Source of the DNA: an uncultured Eubacteriales bacterium
GTDB taxonomy: Bacteria > Bacillota > Clostridia > TANB77 > CAG-508
Direction of reading: 5' to 3'
Assembly (NCBI GenBank): GCA_949288175.1
Contig: CASEIV010000003.1
Span: 24,043-88,042, forward strand
Length of the DNA: 64,000 bases
Positions 34,307 to 45,339 of the stretch are shown one piece after another. The notes below the pieces were generated by a model, which made no database searches, had not been told where the DNA came from, and saw only the letters and a list, made by a program, of their open reading frames with translations. Position 1 is the first letter of the stretch; each line of letters starts with the position of its first letter. The position numbers were made by a program, and so were the translations under genes.

Positions 34307-34966
34307 CTATAATATATCTGGTCTTTTTTTCTTTGTTATTTCTAAAGACTTTTCTTTTCTCCATTTTTCTATATTTTCGTGATGCCCTGAAAGTAATATT
34401 TCTGGAACTTTCATTCCTTCAAAAACCTCTGGTCTTGTATATTGTGGATATTCTAGAAGTCCATTTGAAAAACTTTCTTCTTTTATAGAATCTTCTTTCA
34501 AAACACCTTCTACATATCGACTGACACTATCTATTAGCACCATTGCTGGGATTTCTCCCCCTGTTAATACATAGTCTCCTATAGATATTTCTTCATCTAC
34601 AATTTTATCAAGTACCCTTTGGTCAATTCCTTCATAATGCCCACAAAGTATAATTAAATGGTTTTCTTTTGATAATTCTTCTACCTTATCTTGATTTAAT
34701 GGCTTTCCTTGTGGTGACATATAGATAACTTTTGCATTTCTATCTTTTATAGACTGATATGCATCATATACCACATCTGGTTTCATTACCATTCCTGCAC
34801 CACCACCATAAGGTGTATCATCTACTTTTTTATGTTTGTCTTTTGAAAAATCTCTAATATTGATTAAATGAATATCAATTAGGTCTTTTTCAATTGCTTT
34901 TCCAATAATACTTTGATTTAATATTTCAAACATTTCTGGAAACAGTGTTAAAACATCAAATTTCAT
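34307..34966 (-). CDS. trmD: tRNA (guanine37-N1)-methyltransferase
   Basis: SPOUT-knot motifs; full-length TrmD similarity. Confidence 0.9.
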   Translation of the reverse strand: MKFDVLTLFPEMFEILNQSIIGKAIEKDLIDIHLINIRDFSKDKHKKVDDTPYGGGAGMVMKPDVVYDAYQSIKDRNAKVIYMSPQGKPLNQDKVEELSKENHLIILCGHYEGIDQRVLDKIVDEEISIGDYVLTGGEIPAMVLIDSVSRYVEGVLKEDSIKEESFSNGLLEYPQYTRPEVFEGMKVPEILLSGHHENIEKWRKEKSLEITKKKRPDIL

Positions 34967-34978
34967 AAAATACTCCTT

Positions 34979-35485
34979 TTATATTAACCCAGGAAGTAAA
35001 TGTACAATGATTTTTTTATTTTCTATATCAATTTGTTTGATTACATCCTGTATGGCTGGTAAAAGAATTTGTTTTCCTTGTTTGTCTTTTACAACATATA
35101 TGTCATTACTACCAGTATTGAATATGTCTTCTAAAGTTCCTAATAAAATTTGTTCATCTGTATAAACTTCTAGTCCAAGTAAATCTACGATATAATATCT
35201 GCCTTCTTCTAGCTTTTCTACTGACTCTCTAGAAACTGTTAGATAACTATTTCGTAACATTTCTGCTTGTTCTACTTTGTCTATACCTTTGAATTTTATT
35301 AATACCATGTCTTTATGATATTTTACTTCTTCAATTTCATATTCTGTTTGAGTACTATTTTTTTCGACATATACTGTTTTTAATTCATCAAATCTTCTAA
35401 TATCATCTGTAAATGGTTTAACTTTTACCATTCCTTTTATTCCAAATGTATTGACGATTTGACCAATTTCTAGATTTGGTAACAT
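34979..35485 (-). CDS. rimM: ribosome maturation factor RimM
   Basis: RimM N-terminal and PRC-barrel domains. Confidence 0.85.
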   Translation of the reverse strand: MLPNLEIGQIVNTFGIKGMVKVKPFTDDIRRFDELKTVYVEKNSTQTEYEIEEVKYHKDMVLIKFKGIDKVEQAEMLRNSYLTVSRESVEKLEEGRYYIVDLLGLEVYTDEQILLGTLEDIFNTGSNDIYVVKDKQGKQILLPAIQDVIKQIDIENKKIIVHLLPGLI

Positions 35486-35499
35486 ATTGGTTACTCCTA

Positions 35500-35766
35500 T
35501 TATCCTAAAAATTCTACTGATGCTTTTTTATGTTCTTTATTTGCAACAGCTTTCATAACATTTCTAATAGCTTGTGCAATTCTACCTTGCTTTCCTATTA
35601 CTTTGCCCATATCTTCTTGGGCTACTTTTACTTCAAATGTAACAGATTTTCCGTTATCTATCGTATTAATTTCGATAGCATCTTGATTCTCTACTAAATT
35701 TGAAATGATAATTCTTAAAAATTCTTCCATAATTGTGTCCTTCCCTATTTCACCTAAACAAATCAA
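35500..35766 (-). CDS. KH-domain RNA-binding protein (YlqC family)
   Basis: GKxG KH motif (IGKQGRIAQAIR). Sits in the conserved position between rpsP and rimM. Confidence 0.75.
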   Translation of the reverse strand: MICLGEIGKDTIMEEFLRIIISNLVENQDAIEINTIDNGKSVTFEVKVAQEDMGKVIGKQGRIAQAIRNVMKAVANKEHKKASVEFLG

Positions 35767-35786
35767 AAACGAAGCTTTTCATTTGT

Positions 35787-36023
35787 TTACGCATTAGCTT
35801 TTTCAATTAAAGCCTTAACTGTATCTGTTGGTTTTGCACCATTTTTAATCCATTTTTCAACTTTTTCTTTGTCTAATACGATTGTTGATGGATTTGTCAT
35901 TGGATCATATGTTCCTATTTGCTCTATAATTTTTCCATCTCTTGAAGCTCTTGAATCAGCAACTACAATGTGATAGAATGGAGCTTTTTTCTTTCCTTGT
36001 CTTTGTAATCTTATTTTTACCAT
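35787..36023 (-). CDS. rpsP: 30S ribosomal protein S16
   Basis: [30 protein letters not shown]. Confidence 0.9.
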   Translation of the reverse strand: MVKIRLQRQGKKKAPFYHIVVADSRASRDGKIIEQIGTYDPMTNPSTIVLDKEKVEKWIKNGAKPTDTVKALIEKANA

Positions 36024-36047
36024 TTTTGGTTCACCTCCTGAAATTTA

Positions 36048-36076
36048 GGGATTATGGGGACGGACTCAAATTTCCC
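36048..36076. repeat. inverted copy of the 10231 GC-rich 29-nt element, in the rpsP 5' leader
   Basis: gggattatggggacggactcaaatttccc. Confidence 0.6.
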
Positions 36077-36187
36077 TTTTGGAGAAGATTTTTGTCAGCC
36101 CTCTAATCACTTTATTTTTATATATAAATTTAAAAACTTAATAACATTTTTATAAAATACACATTTTCTTTTTGTTTCTATGACATT

Positions 36188-37541
36188 TTAAAATTTAAAA
36201 TTCTTTAATGTATTTTCATCAATACCATTTAATAACTTCTTCATACCACCTTTGTTGTTTTTCATCTGTTTCATCATTTTTTGTGTCATTTCAAAAGATT
36301 TGATAAATTTGTTAATATCTTGTACAGTTGTTCCACTTCCGTTTCGCAATTCTTTGTCTTCTACTTGCATTTAATAATTTGGTATTTCGTTTTTCCGCTT
36401 TTGTCATTGAACAAATAATGGCTTCGATTTTAACAAATTCTTTATCATCTACTTTTAAATCTTTTATTTGATTAAAGCCTGGTATTAATTTTAATAATGA
36501 TGAAAATGAACCCATTTTCTTTACTTGTCTAATTTGTGCTAAATAATCATCTAAATCCCATTCTTTTTTCTTTAGTTGTTTTTCAAGCTGTTCTGCTTGT
36601 TCCATATCAAATGATTCTTCAGCTTTTTCAATAACTGCTAGAATATCTCCCATTCCTAATATTCTTTGAGCCATTCTATTTGGGTGAAATACCTCTATAT
36701 CACTTAATTTTTCTCCAGTTGCTGCAAACTTAATTGGCTTTCCTGTTACCTTTTTAACAGAAAGTGCTGCACCACCTCTCGTATCACCATCTAGTTTTGT
36801 AAGGATAATTCCATCAATTCCCACATTATCACTAAAACTTTGTGCAACATTTACAGCATCTTGACCTGTCATACTGTCTACAACAAGTAATATTTCATGA
36901 GGTTTAATATTGGCTTTTAAATTCTTTAATTCTTGCATTAATTCTTCATCAATATGTAGTCTACCTGCTGTATCTAAGATGACTACATCATTTAGTTTTG
37001 ACATAGCAACAGATAATGCTTGTCTTGCAATATGCACAACATCTTTTGAGTTTTCATTTGCAAAAACAGGTATGTTTAATTGTGCACCAACAACTTGTAA
37101 TTGTTTGATAGCAGCTGGTCTATATACATCGCAAGCAACTAATAATGGTTTTTTACCTTGTTTTCTAAGTATATTTGCCAATTTTCCTGCTGTTGTGGTT
37201 TTACCTGAACCTTGAAGACCTACTAACATGATAATCGTTGGTGGATTTGGTGTGAAATTAATTTGACTTGTTTGTCCACCTAGTAGTTCTACTAATTCAT
37301 CTTTTACAATTTTTACAACTTGTTGTCCTGGAGTTAAAGATTTTAGAACATCTTGACCTAAGGCTTTTTCTTGAATGGTCGCAATAAACTCTTTTACAAT
37401 TTTATAGTTAACATCAGCTTCTAATAATGCAAGTTTTACTTCTCTTAGCATTTCTTTTAAGTCTGATTCTGTAATTCTTGCTTTTCCTCTGATTTTTCTT
37501 GTAATTTCTTGTAATCTAGAAGATAATCCTTCAAAAGCCAT
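36188..37541 (-). CDS. ffh: signal recognition particle protein Ffh, broken near 36350 by an extra C before GGA (ORFs 36312..37541 + 36188..36370)
   Basis: NG domain with GKTT, DTAGR and TKLDGD motifs. Deleting the C gives the canonical M domain ...RQRIAKGSGTTVQDINKFIKSFEMTQKMMKQMK... Confidence 0.9.
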
Positions 37542-37575
37542 TTATACCATTCCCTTCATCTAAAATGTATCATTC

Positions 37576-37699
37576 GGTTGGAAAAGAATTAAATTTTGGC
37601 TAGGAAAACAAGTTTGAAATTTATGAGTCGTACTTTTTGTACGTCGATTAAATTTCAAATGAAGTTTGACGACACCAAAATTATAATTATTTTTCAACC
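37576..37699 (-). repeat. ~124-nt nested palindromic element in the ylxM-ffh inter-region; its two ends equal the compact palindrome at 41742-41768
   Basis: Begins ggttggaaaagaatt and ends atttttcaacc. The interior contains nested inverted repeats (tttgaaattta...taaatttcaaa; gtcgtac ttttt gtacgtcga; aattttgg...ccaaaatt). Confidence 0.55.
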
Positions 37700-37705
37700 A
37701 GATGT

Positions 37706-38053
37706 CTAAACTAAACAATTTAATTCCTTTTTAATATGTTCTAATACAACAGCTACTTGCTCATCTGAAGATTCTTTTTGAATCTTTGTTAATTCTGATA
37801 AAACTTGTTCAATCTTTTTTTCTTGCTTTAACATCCTTTTCATAAACAATAGCTTTTCTTCATATTCAAAAAGCTTCTTTTCCCCCTTTTTGATGATATC
37901 TCTAACAGCTTGTCTTGTGATGTCATTATTTTCTGCAATTTCTGATAAAGACAAGTCGTTATTATAGTAGTCATTTATGAATTCAAATTGTTTTTCAGTT
38001 AATAATTTTCCATATAAATCACATAAAATACTGATTTCTACATTTTTATCCAT
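37706..38053 (-). CDS. ylxM: YlxM/UPF0122 putative DNA-binding protein (sigma-70 region-4-like)
   Basis: Sits in the conserved position upstream of ffh. HTH motif LSLSEIAENNDITRQAVRD. Confidence 0.75.
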   Translation of the reverse strand: MDKNVEISILCDLYGKLLTEKQFEFINDYYNNDLSLSEIAENNDITRQAVRDIIKKGEKKLFEYEEKLLFMKRMLKQEKKIEQVLSELTKIQKESSDEQVAVVLEHIKKELNCLV

Positions 38054-38132
38054 AAATAACGACTCCTTTAAAATGTAATGCTAATATACTTTACACTATT
38101 TTTTTCAATTTGTCAATAGTTTTTTTAAAAAA

Positions 38133-38286
38133 AGTTGCCAAAGGGGACGTTTCTGTTTGATGATTTTGGGTGATTTTGGGGACGGAGAAAAAAATCATCA
38201 TGATTTATTTTTCAACTTATATTATAATTTAATACTTAATCATGATGATTTTTTTCTCCGTCCCCAAAATCACCCTTTGACAACTT
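38133..38286. repeat. large intergenic palindrome: perfect 37-bp inverted repeat gggtgattttggggacggagaaaaaaatcatcatgat with a 35-bp spacer, plus outer imperfect arms; lies upstream of the ylxM promoter
   Basis: 38168-38204 is the exact reverse complement of 38240-38276. The outer agttgccaaagggg pairs with ccctttgacaact. Confidence 0.65.
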
Positions 38287-38287
38287 T

Positions 38288-38638
38288 TTAATAATAGTTA
38301 TATCCACCATATCCATTATTCATAAAATTATTAAATCTTCTATTAGATATGGTAATAAACTTAATAGAATAAATATCACAATACGTAATTGTATCGCTCT
38401 CTATGGAACGCAATAAAATATAACTTGCTCCAACATCTTCTAATATACCAATTCTATCCACTAAATTATTGGTTCCAATTAAAAACTCCACTCTCATCAA
38501 TTTACCAATTTGTTCTCGTAAAAAAGCAGGTGTATAAATTGAATTTGTTAAAATCTCTGGTGAATCCTGATTAATAGTTACATTTCTATTTTCTCTTTTG
38601 TCTTGTTTTTCATCTCCCATGATAACCTCCTTACACAA
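38288..38638 (-). CDS. GerQ/YwdL-like spore coat protein (putative CwlJ partner)
   Basis: C-terminal architecture similar to GerQ. Lies immediately downstream of the cwlJ-like gene, as in B. subtilis cwlJ-gerQ. Confidence 0.45.
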   Translation of the reverse strand: MCKEVIMGDEKQDKRENRNVTINQDSPEILTNSIYTPAFLREQIGKLMRVEFLIGTNNLVDRIGILEDVGASYILLRSIESDTITYCDIYSIKFITISNRRFNNFMNNGYGGYNYY

Positions 38639-38720
38639 TAAGTTTACACTCTTTTTAATTCCTTTATATTTTCATTAATTATAATGTCAATAGATTCTCT
38701 GGTACTTTTCTATAAGCCTC

Positions 38721-39168
38721 TTATGTATTTGCATATTGACTTGTTGGACGATAAAAACAGTGCTCTCCCAATCTTGTATGTATTGTTCCAGAACCATTTC
38801 TTGGAAAGGTTGCATCACAACTAGGTTTAAATGGATTCAAATACCACAAGCATTCTCCGATTTCATTCAATCGATTTCCTGCTAATGCCCAATCTGCTAT
38901 GTAATAATGTTCTTCTGTTGGATTCATATTATAGATATTTTGAGGATTATATCGATTAAACAACGTTTCTGTGGCGCAATCAAATTGTCCTGGCTGAAAA
39001 ATAATATTTCTGACACTACCACCTTGCGATATCCTTGCATATTCCCCCACTGTTGCATTTACTCTATTTAAAATCACACTTGCTACTGCTTTCATCCCAT
39101 TATCCCCTTCTCCTCCGCGCTTCACATTGAACAATTCTAGCAATTAGTTCTCTATCTGAATAAGCCAT
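38721..39168 (-). CDS. spore cortex-lytic cell-wall hydrolase (CwlJ/SleB, Hydrolase_2), broken near 39117 by an extra C before GGA
   Basis: Frame A is MAYSDRELIARIVQCEA. Deleting the C continues GGEGDNGMKAVASVILNRV..., matching the CwlJ AEAEGEGxxGM motif. Hydrolase_2 C-terminus present. Confidence 0.75.
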
Positions 39169-39294
39169 TTTCTTCACCTCTAATAGTAAAGTATATGCAA
39201 TATTGATTTTATAAGTTCCTATTATTTTTAGGATTTTTGTATACCAAAAAAGAATCTTTAAAGTATATTGTTTTACTCTAAAGATTCTTTTATA

Positions 39295-41709
39295 TTATTT
39301 TCTTAATTCTGCACCTACTGTTTTTTCCAATTCAGCAATAATATTTTCCATTACACTATTTACTTCTTCATCACTTAGTGTTTTATTTTTGTCTCTGAAT
39401 GTTAAGGCATATGCTACACTCTTTTTATTCTCTCCTAGTTTTTCATTTCTATAAATGTCAAATAATTTTAATCCTTCTAATAATTTCTTAGCTTTCTTTG
39501 TAATCATTTTTTCAATTTGTCCAACTTCAACATTTTCATCTACAATAACGGCAATGTCTCTTTCCACTGCTGGGAATTTTGGAACTTCTACATATTTTTT
39601 ATTATTTCTTGAATATTTTTCTAGTTTACTGATATTAATTTCTGCTAAATATACTCTTTTTTCAATATCATAATTGTTTAAAACAACTGGATGTACTTCT
39701 CCTAAAGTGCTAATTACATCTCTTCCTACTGTGATATTGGCACATCTTCCTGGATGATATGATTGATTATTTGTTTCTCTTTCTACTTCATAACGATTAA
39801 TATATGTTGCTTCTAATACATTTTCTACGATTCCTTTTAAGATATAGAAATCAACATCATCTCCATACATACCAATTGTTAAAATATTTTCTTGTAAAGG
39901 TACTTCTCCTTTTTCTACTTCGCCATTCATGTTTTTATAATTTCTTGAAATATCAAATAATTTTACATTTTGATTTTTCTTATTAGCATTATTAGCTAAT
40001 ATTTGTAACATACTTGGTATGGTTGATGGTCTCATCAATTTGTATTCATCACTTAATGGATTTTGAATGGTAATTGCTGTTTTCTTTAATGTATCACTAA
40101 TGTTTGATTTTTCTAAATCTTTTTCACTTAAAAATCCATACGTATATATTTCAGATAAACCACTATTCACAAGCACTTCTTGTATTTTCTTTTCTATTTT
40201 TTGTTCTTTGTTTCTGATACCTAATGTTGTATCTGATTTAATTAAGGTTGCTTCTAATTTGTCATATCCGTAAAATCTTAATACTTCTTCTGCTAAATCT
40301 GCTAATTGTTCTACATCCATTCTAAAATATGGTGCAGTCGCAATATCGTTTTCCACTTTTATATCTAATTTATTTAGAATATCAATCATTTCTTCTTTAG
40401 AAATATGTGTTCCTAATAATTGATTAATTCTATCACTATCTAATTTGATTTGATGTACTTTTTGTTTTGTTGGATATACATCTACTTTTCCATCAACAAC
40501 TTCACCAGCATGTAAGATTTCTACCAATTCTACTGCACGATTCACTGCTCTTAATGCATTTTCTGGTGATAATCCTTTTTCAAAACGAGAAGATGCTTCT
40601 GTTCTCAATCCTACTTTTTTAGCTGTTTTTCTGACAGCTCCTCCATAGAATACAGCTGATTCAAATACAACTGTTTCTGTATCATTTTCGATTTCTGAAT
40701 TTAGTCCTCCCATAACACCTGCAATGGCTACTGCTTTTTTGTCATCAGCAATAACTAAATCATTTTCATCTAATACTCTTTCTTGTTCATCTAAAGTTGT
40801 AATTTTTTCATTGTTTTTAGCTCTTCTTACAGTGATATGTTTTCCTTCAATTGAATTAATATCAAATGCATGCATTGGTTGCCCCATTTCTAGCATTACA
40901 TAGTTGGTAATATCCACAATATTATTGATACTTCTTACCCCACAAGCATTTAATCTTCTAACCATCCATTTAGGTGATGGACCAATCTTTACATTTTTTA
41001 CTACTCTTGCAATATATCTGTAACATAAGTCAGGTGCTGTAATATCTACTTTTAATCCTTCGATTTCTTTTTTATCTTCTACTTTTAATTCATCAATATT
41101 TTTTCTAGGATTCTTAAATGGTTTTCCTAAAGATACTGCTGTTTCTCTTCCTAATCCTTCGATTGATAAACAATCTGGTCTGTTTGGTGTGATTTCAAAA
41201 TCAATGATATCCTCTTTTAATTCTAATACATCTACTATATCTTTTCCTAAATCTTTTTCATATTTATCATCTAGAATAAAGATACCATCTACCACTTTAT
41301 CTGGATAATTTGCTGGATCAATTTCTAATTCTTCCATTCCACACATCATACCTTGTGATTCTACACCACGTAATTTTCCTGTATGGATATTTACCCCATT
41401 TGGTAACTCTGCTCCATCTTTTGCAACTGGCACAATTTGTCCAGTTTCTCCTACTTTGATGTTAGTTGCTGCTGTTACAATTTGAAGTGTTTCTCCATTT
41501 CCCACCTCTATTTTGGTTACCACTAATTTATCAGCATCTGGATGTTTGGTAACTTCTAAAATTTTTCCAACAACAACATTTTTTATGTTGTTTCCTTTTT
41601 GTTCTATGGTTTCAACCTTAGAACCTGTCATTGTTAAGATGTCTCCTAGTTTTATAGTGTCAACATCTATATCACTATATTCTTCTAACCATTCTCTACT
41701 TGCTTTCAT
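39295..41709 (-). CDS. pheT: phenylalanyl-tRNA synthetase beta subunit
   Basis: tRNA-binding, B3/B4, B5 and FDX-ACB domains; 804 aa. Confidence 0.95.
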   Translation of the reverse strand: MKASREWLEEYSDIDVDTIKLGDILTMTGSKVETIEQKGNNIKNVVVGKILEVTKHPDADKLVVTKIEVGNGETLQIVTAATNIKVGETGQIVPVAKDGAELPNGVNIHTGKLRGVESQGMMCGMEELEIDPANYPDKVVDGIFILDDKYEKDLGKDIVDVLELKEDIIDFEITPNRPDCLSIEGLGRETAVSLGKPFKNPRKNIDELKVEDKKEIEGLKVDITAPDLCYRYIARVVKNVKIGPSPKWMVRRLNACGVRSINNIVDITNYVMLEMGQPMHAFDINSIEGKHITVRRAKNNEKITTLDEQERVLDENDLVIADDKKAVAIAGVMGGLNSEIENDTETVVFESAVFYGGAVRKTAKKVGLRTEASSRFEKGLSPENALRAVNRAVELVEILHAGEVVDGKVDVYPTKQKVHQIKLDSDRINQLLGTHISKEEMIDILNKLDIKVENDIATAPYFRMDVEQLADLAEEVLRFYGYDKLEATLIKSDTTLGIRNKEQKIEKKIQEVLVNSGLSEIYTYGFLSEKDLEKSNISDTLKKTAITIQNPLSDEYKLMRPSTIPSMLQILANNANKKNQNVKLFDISRNYKNMNGEVEKGEVPLQENILTIGMYGDDVDFYILKGIVENVLEATYINRYEVERETNNQSYHPGRCANITVGRDVISTLGEVHPVVLNNYDIEKRVYLAEINISKLEKYSRNNKKYVEVPKFPAVERDIAVIVDENVEVGQIEKMITKKAKKLLEGLKLFDIYRNEKLGENKKSVAYALTFRDKNKTLSDEEVNSVMENIIAELEKTVGAELRK

Positions 41710-41741
41710 TTTATTTCATTCCTTTCTCTAGGTGCAAATCT

Positions 41742-41768
41742 GGTTGGAAAAGAATTCATTTTTCAACC
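41742..41768 (-). repeat. compact palindrome ggttggaaaagaattcatttttcaacc in the pheT leader; its ends match those of the 37576-37699 element
   Basis: Seen directly. Confidence 0.55.
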
Positions 41769-41799
41769 TTCTCTTCCCTTCTTATGTTATATATTTTCA

Positions 41800-42150
41800 T
41801 TATCTATATTGCCCATATCGATTTCCTTGATTATATTTCTTAGCACCTTGCCAATTATTATATGATGGTACAACTGTACTATGACTTCTACTAACATTCT
41901 CTGTTCTTTTTTTGCATTCTTCATCTACACCAATTTCTTCCATCATTTTTCTTCTTTTTTCTTGAAAAGGTGTTTCTACATATGGAACTTCTTTTAATAA
42001 ATTTTCATCTAACCTTAACCAATATTTTGTATGTAATATATCATCTGGATTAGTTGGTACAGCTATATGATTTTTGAATTCTTCGTCTTGTAACTTTTTC
42101 ATAGCCTCAGCTAATGAATATGCTTTTTCCTTTCTATTAAATAACCCCAT
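41800..42150 (-). CDS. hypothetical 116 aa protein inserted between pheS and pheT
   Basis: Intact ORF with an AAGGAG RBS. No family assigned. Confidence 0.35.
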   Translation of the reverse strand: MGLFNRKEKAYSLAEAMKKLQDEEFKNHIAVPTNPDDILHTKYWLRLDENLLKEVPYVETPFQEKRRKMMEEIGVDEECKKRTENVSRSHSTVVPSYNNWQGAKKYNQGNRYGQYR

Positions 42151-42299
42151 TTTTCATTTCTCCTTAATCAATTAAATTTTTAATTAATTTTGTTTATTTG
42201 TTAATTTACATATTATATAATTAACAATTTATTTTTATTTCATAGGTCTGTCCCTTTCGTTTCATTTTGGAACGATTTGGCACGTCCCTATCGTTCAAC

Positions 42300-43328
42300 T
42301 TAAAATTGTTTTAAGAATCTGATATCATTTTCAAATAATAATCTCATGTCTTCGATTCCGTATTTGGCCATGGCAATTCTTTCTACACCAAATCCAAATG
42401 CAAATCCTGAATAAATATCTGGGTCAATTCCACAATTTCTTAAAACATTTGGATGAACTTCTCCACAACCTAATAATTCTATCCATCCTTCTCCTTTACA
42501 TACTCTACATCCCTTACCACCACATACAAAGCATGATACATCTGCTTCTGCTGATGGTTCTGTAAATGGGAAGTGATGTGGTCTAAATCTTATTTTCGTA
42601 TTTTCTCCCAAACATTTTTTAGCAAACATCTCTAATGTTCCTTTTAAATCTGCCATAGAAATGTTTTTATCAATGACTAATCCTTCTACTTGATGGAATA
42701 CTGGTGAATGTGTTGCGTCTACACTATCTGATCTATATACAGCTCCTGGACATATGATTTTGATTGGTGGTTTTTGATTTTCCATAACCCTTGCTTGAAC
42801 AGGTGATGTTTGACTTCTTAATACAATATCATCTGTGATATAGAATGTGTCTTGCACATCTCTTGCTGGGTGGTCTGGTGGTGTATTTAATTTGTCAAAA
42901 TTATATGTTGCCTTTTCTACTTCTGGACCATCAGCAATTTCATATCCCATTCCTAAGAATATTTCTTCTACTTCTTCTATGATTTTGGTAATTGGATGTA
43001 AAGATCCTAAAACAACTTTTTTGCTTGGCTCTGTAACATCAATTGTCTCATTTTCTAATCTTTTTAAAAGTTCTTGATTTTTAAATTCTTTTTCTTTACT
43101 TTGAATTAAATCTTCAATTTCTTCTCTTACTTTATTTACTAGACTTCCAATAACTGGTCTTTCTTCTGGAGATAATCCTCCCATTCCTCTTAAAATAATG
43201 GTTAGCTCTCCTTTTTTCCCTAAATATTTTACTCTTAATTCATTTAATTCTTTTAAATCCTTTGACTCTAAAATTTCTTTAATAGATTTTTCTTTGATAC
43301 TTGCAATTTGTTCTTTCATTTTGTCCAT
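42300..43328 (-). CDS. pheS: phenylalanyl-tRNA synthetase alpha subunit
   Basis: Class II motifs 2 and 3; 342 aa. Confidence 0.95.
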   Translation of the reverse strand: MDKMKEQIASIKEKSIKEILESKDLKELNELRVKYLGKKGELTIILRGMGGLSPEERPVIGSLVNKVREEIEDLIQSKEKEFKNQELLKRLENETIDVTEPSKKVVLGSLHPITKIIEEVEEIFLGMGYEIADGPEVEKATYNFDKLNTPPDHPARDVQDTFYITDDIVLRSQTSPVQARVMENQKPPIKIICPGAVYRSDSVDATHSPVFHQVEGLVIDKNISMADLKGTLEMFAKKCLGENTKIRFRPHHFPFTEPSAEADVSCFVCGGKGCRVCKGEGWIELLGCGEVHPNVLRNCGIDPDIYSGFAFGFGVERIAMAKYGIEDMRLLFENDIRFLKQF

Positions 43329-43422
43329 TCCTTATACTTAAATTTAGGTTTTTAAAAGGTTACCCATAAACCTTTTTTTATATGTGCGTCGAAATATTTG
43401 ATTTCGTTAACGCACGCTTTTC

Positions 43423-43764
43423 TTATAATGGACGATATTCTTTTGTTTGTTTATATTGTCCATATTTTTTGTTTAAAAATGATGTCCTTTTTTCACTAAT
43501 CTTTCTATTTCTTTCTGTAAGAAGTAATACCTTTTTGTTTTTTCTTTTTTCTTTAAAATTGCCAACATATTCTATCTTGTCTGTAAAATGGATTTTTAAA
43601 ATATATACGCCCCATTCATTTAAAAATAAATTTGGTTCTACTTTCTTGTTTGGAAATTCTAGTTTTGCTTCTTCAATATTTTTGATTAGTTGTTCTTTTG
43701 TAAAGTTTTTTGAATCAAAATAATATTCAATACATTTTCCTTCATTATTCATATCTATCAACAT
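43423..43764 (-). CDS. hypothetical 113 aa protein encoded between the Phe T-box leader and pheS
   Basis: Intact ORF starting ~30 nt after the T-box terminator U-tract. Hairpins at 43391-43425 and a second one just before pheS. Confidence 0.35.
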   Translation of the reverse strand: MLIDMNNEGKCIEYYFDSKNFTKEQLIKNIEEAKLEFPNKKVEPNLFLNEWGVYILKIHFTDKIEYVGNFKEKRKNKKVLLLTERNRKISEKRTSFLNKKYGQYKQTKEYRPL

Positions 43765-43794
43765 CCTTTATTAAATTTTACTTAAAATTTAAAT

Positions 43795-44065
43795 CCATGT
43801 CATCAAAAAAACCATCTCTTCCTAGTTTCTGTTAGGACGAAATGGTTATTTTCCGTGGTACCACCTAAATTTATTAGTATGTTTTATACTAACCTCGTTA
43901 TAGTTTTAACGGTCCAACCGCCTTTTCCTACTATTATTTCAAAAAAGGACCTAAAAAGTGAATTTTCTATATACGATATTTAATGGTTTCCAGCCAATGA
44001 CCATTTTCTCTTGTAAATATTTGAAATATATATACTTTGCTTTTTAATTGGTTTTGCTCTATTTT
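43795..44065 (-). promoter_or_regulatory. T-box riboswitch leader, Phe-specific
   Basis: Minus-strand AATTTAGGTGGTACCACGG T-box (plus ggtaccacc at 43857-43865), a terminator with a U7 tract, and a Stem I candidate specifier GAAAAUUCAC (UUC flanked by A). Confidence 0.7.
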
Positions 44066-44404
44066 TCTTACAGATAATATTGTATCATAAAAAGGCTTGA
44101 AAAACAAGCCTTTTTTAGAAAATATTTCTATTTTTAGTAATAAATAATTATCTTTTACATGTAATCCAAGAACAATAGCGGGCTTTTTTAAACATTTTTC
44201 TGTTCATAACATTTCAAAGCCCGCGTCATTCCTCCGTATAACTTATCTGTAGCTTGCTTTGCTTCGCACAGCTAAGAAATGTCGGGCACCAAATTTTACG
44301 TTAGTAAAATTTGTGTGCAATCGTTAGAGCGAAGCGACGTTCTTGAATAGGAAAAACTCCCGCAACCCTATAAGAGTGGGTTGCAGGAGCAGGACATTGG
44401 TAAG

Positions 44405-45243
44405 TTACATGTTTCTTAACCGCTCAATCAACGGTTGAAAGAGCGTCTTTTCCGCCTCAATTTCGTGTTCTGGGATAATCAGATGTTTGTCTGAATGTGT
44501 AAACCTAGTGTGCAAAACACCGTCCGGATCCACACTATATTTCAAGTGTCCAGGATTTAACTGCATATTACCCAGCCGGACAATTACACCATTATCCATG
44601 CGATACGCCGCCTTGTTACCATCACAGATAATCTGTTCCTCCGGCATATCAAGCAGATGCTGATGTAAATACGGCACAAACTGATATTTATATGCGTATG
44701 GATTGACTGGGTTTAAGGTTCTCACCTTTACTCCCATTCCTAAATCCAATGCTTTATCGACCACTTTCATCAGGCTCTCCTTTGTTGGATAAGCCTCTGT
44801 GGTAGCCATGATATACAACTTAATACGTGACTTCCACCCGGCTTGTTCTCTCAACATGAATTCCAGCCCCGGTTCATATGAGAACCGAATCTCATCTACT
44901 ATTCCATCGAGTTGCTTTATTACATCTTGGCGAATTCCGTTTGTAAACATGTTTACCATGAACCCTTCTTCTTTCGCCAATTTGGCGTATTTGACAACAT
45001 CGTGGTGAACAGTTGCCTCTCCGCCATGTAAATATAGAATTTTAAAATCCAACTCTTTAGCAATCTTCATAGCAGTAACAAATGCTTCTTCCCCCATGTA
45101 TTTACCTGAATGAACATTAGGTTCAATACAGTATGGGCAAGCTTTGTTACACGCATATGTCAGCAAAAAATAAATTTGCGAAGATCTTCCACTTCAAGTG
45201 GATGTGGTACGATACCGCACTTCAATTGTTTTCTTTGTAACAT
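44405..45243 (-). CDS. radical SAM domain protein in a GC-rich islet, with an apparent homopolymer frameshift (A6/T6 run at ~45155-45160)
   Basis: CxxxCxxC (CNKACPYC). Upstream frame gives MLQRKQLKCGIVPHPLEVEDLRKFIF and joins LLTYACNKACPYC if one T is added to the run. GC is far above background. In-frame CGG and CCG codons are used. Confidence 0.6.
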
Positions 45244-45339
45244 AAAATTTTGTCCTTTCTTTAAATTAGGATATTGCCTCGGGTTACATAATTTATTATA
45301 TCATGTGCGTTTTGCATTTTCAAGTTTTTAAGTTAAATA

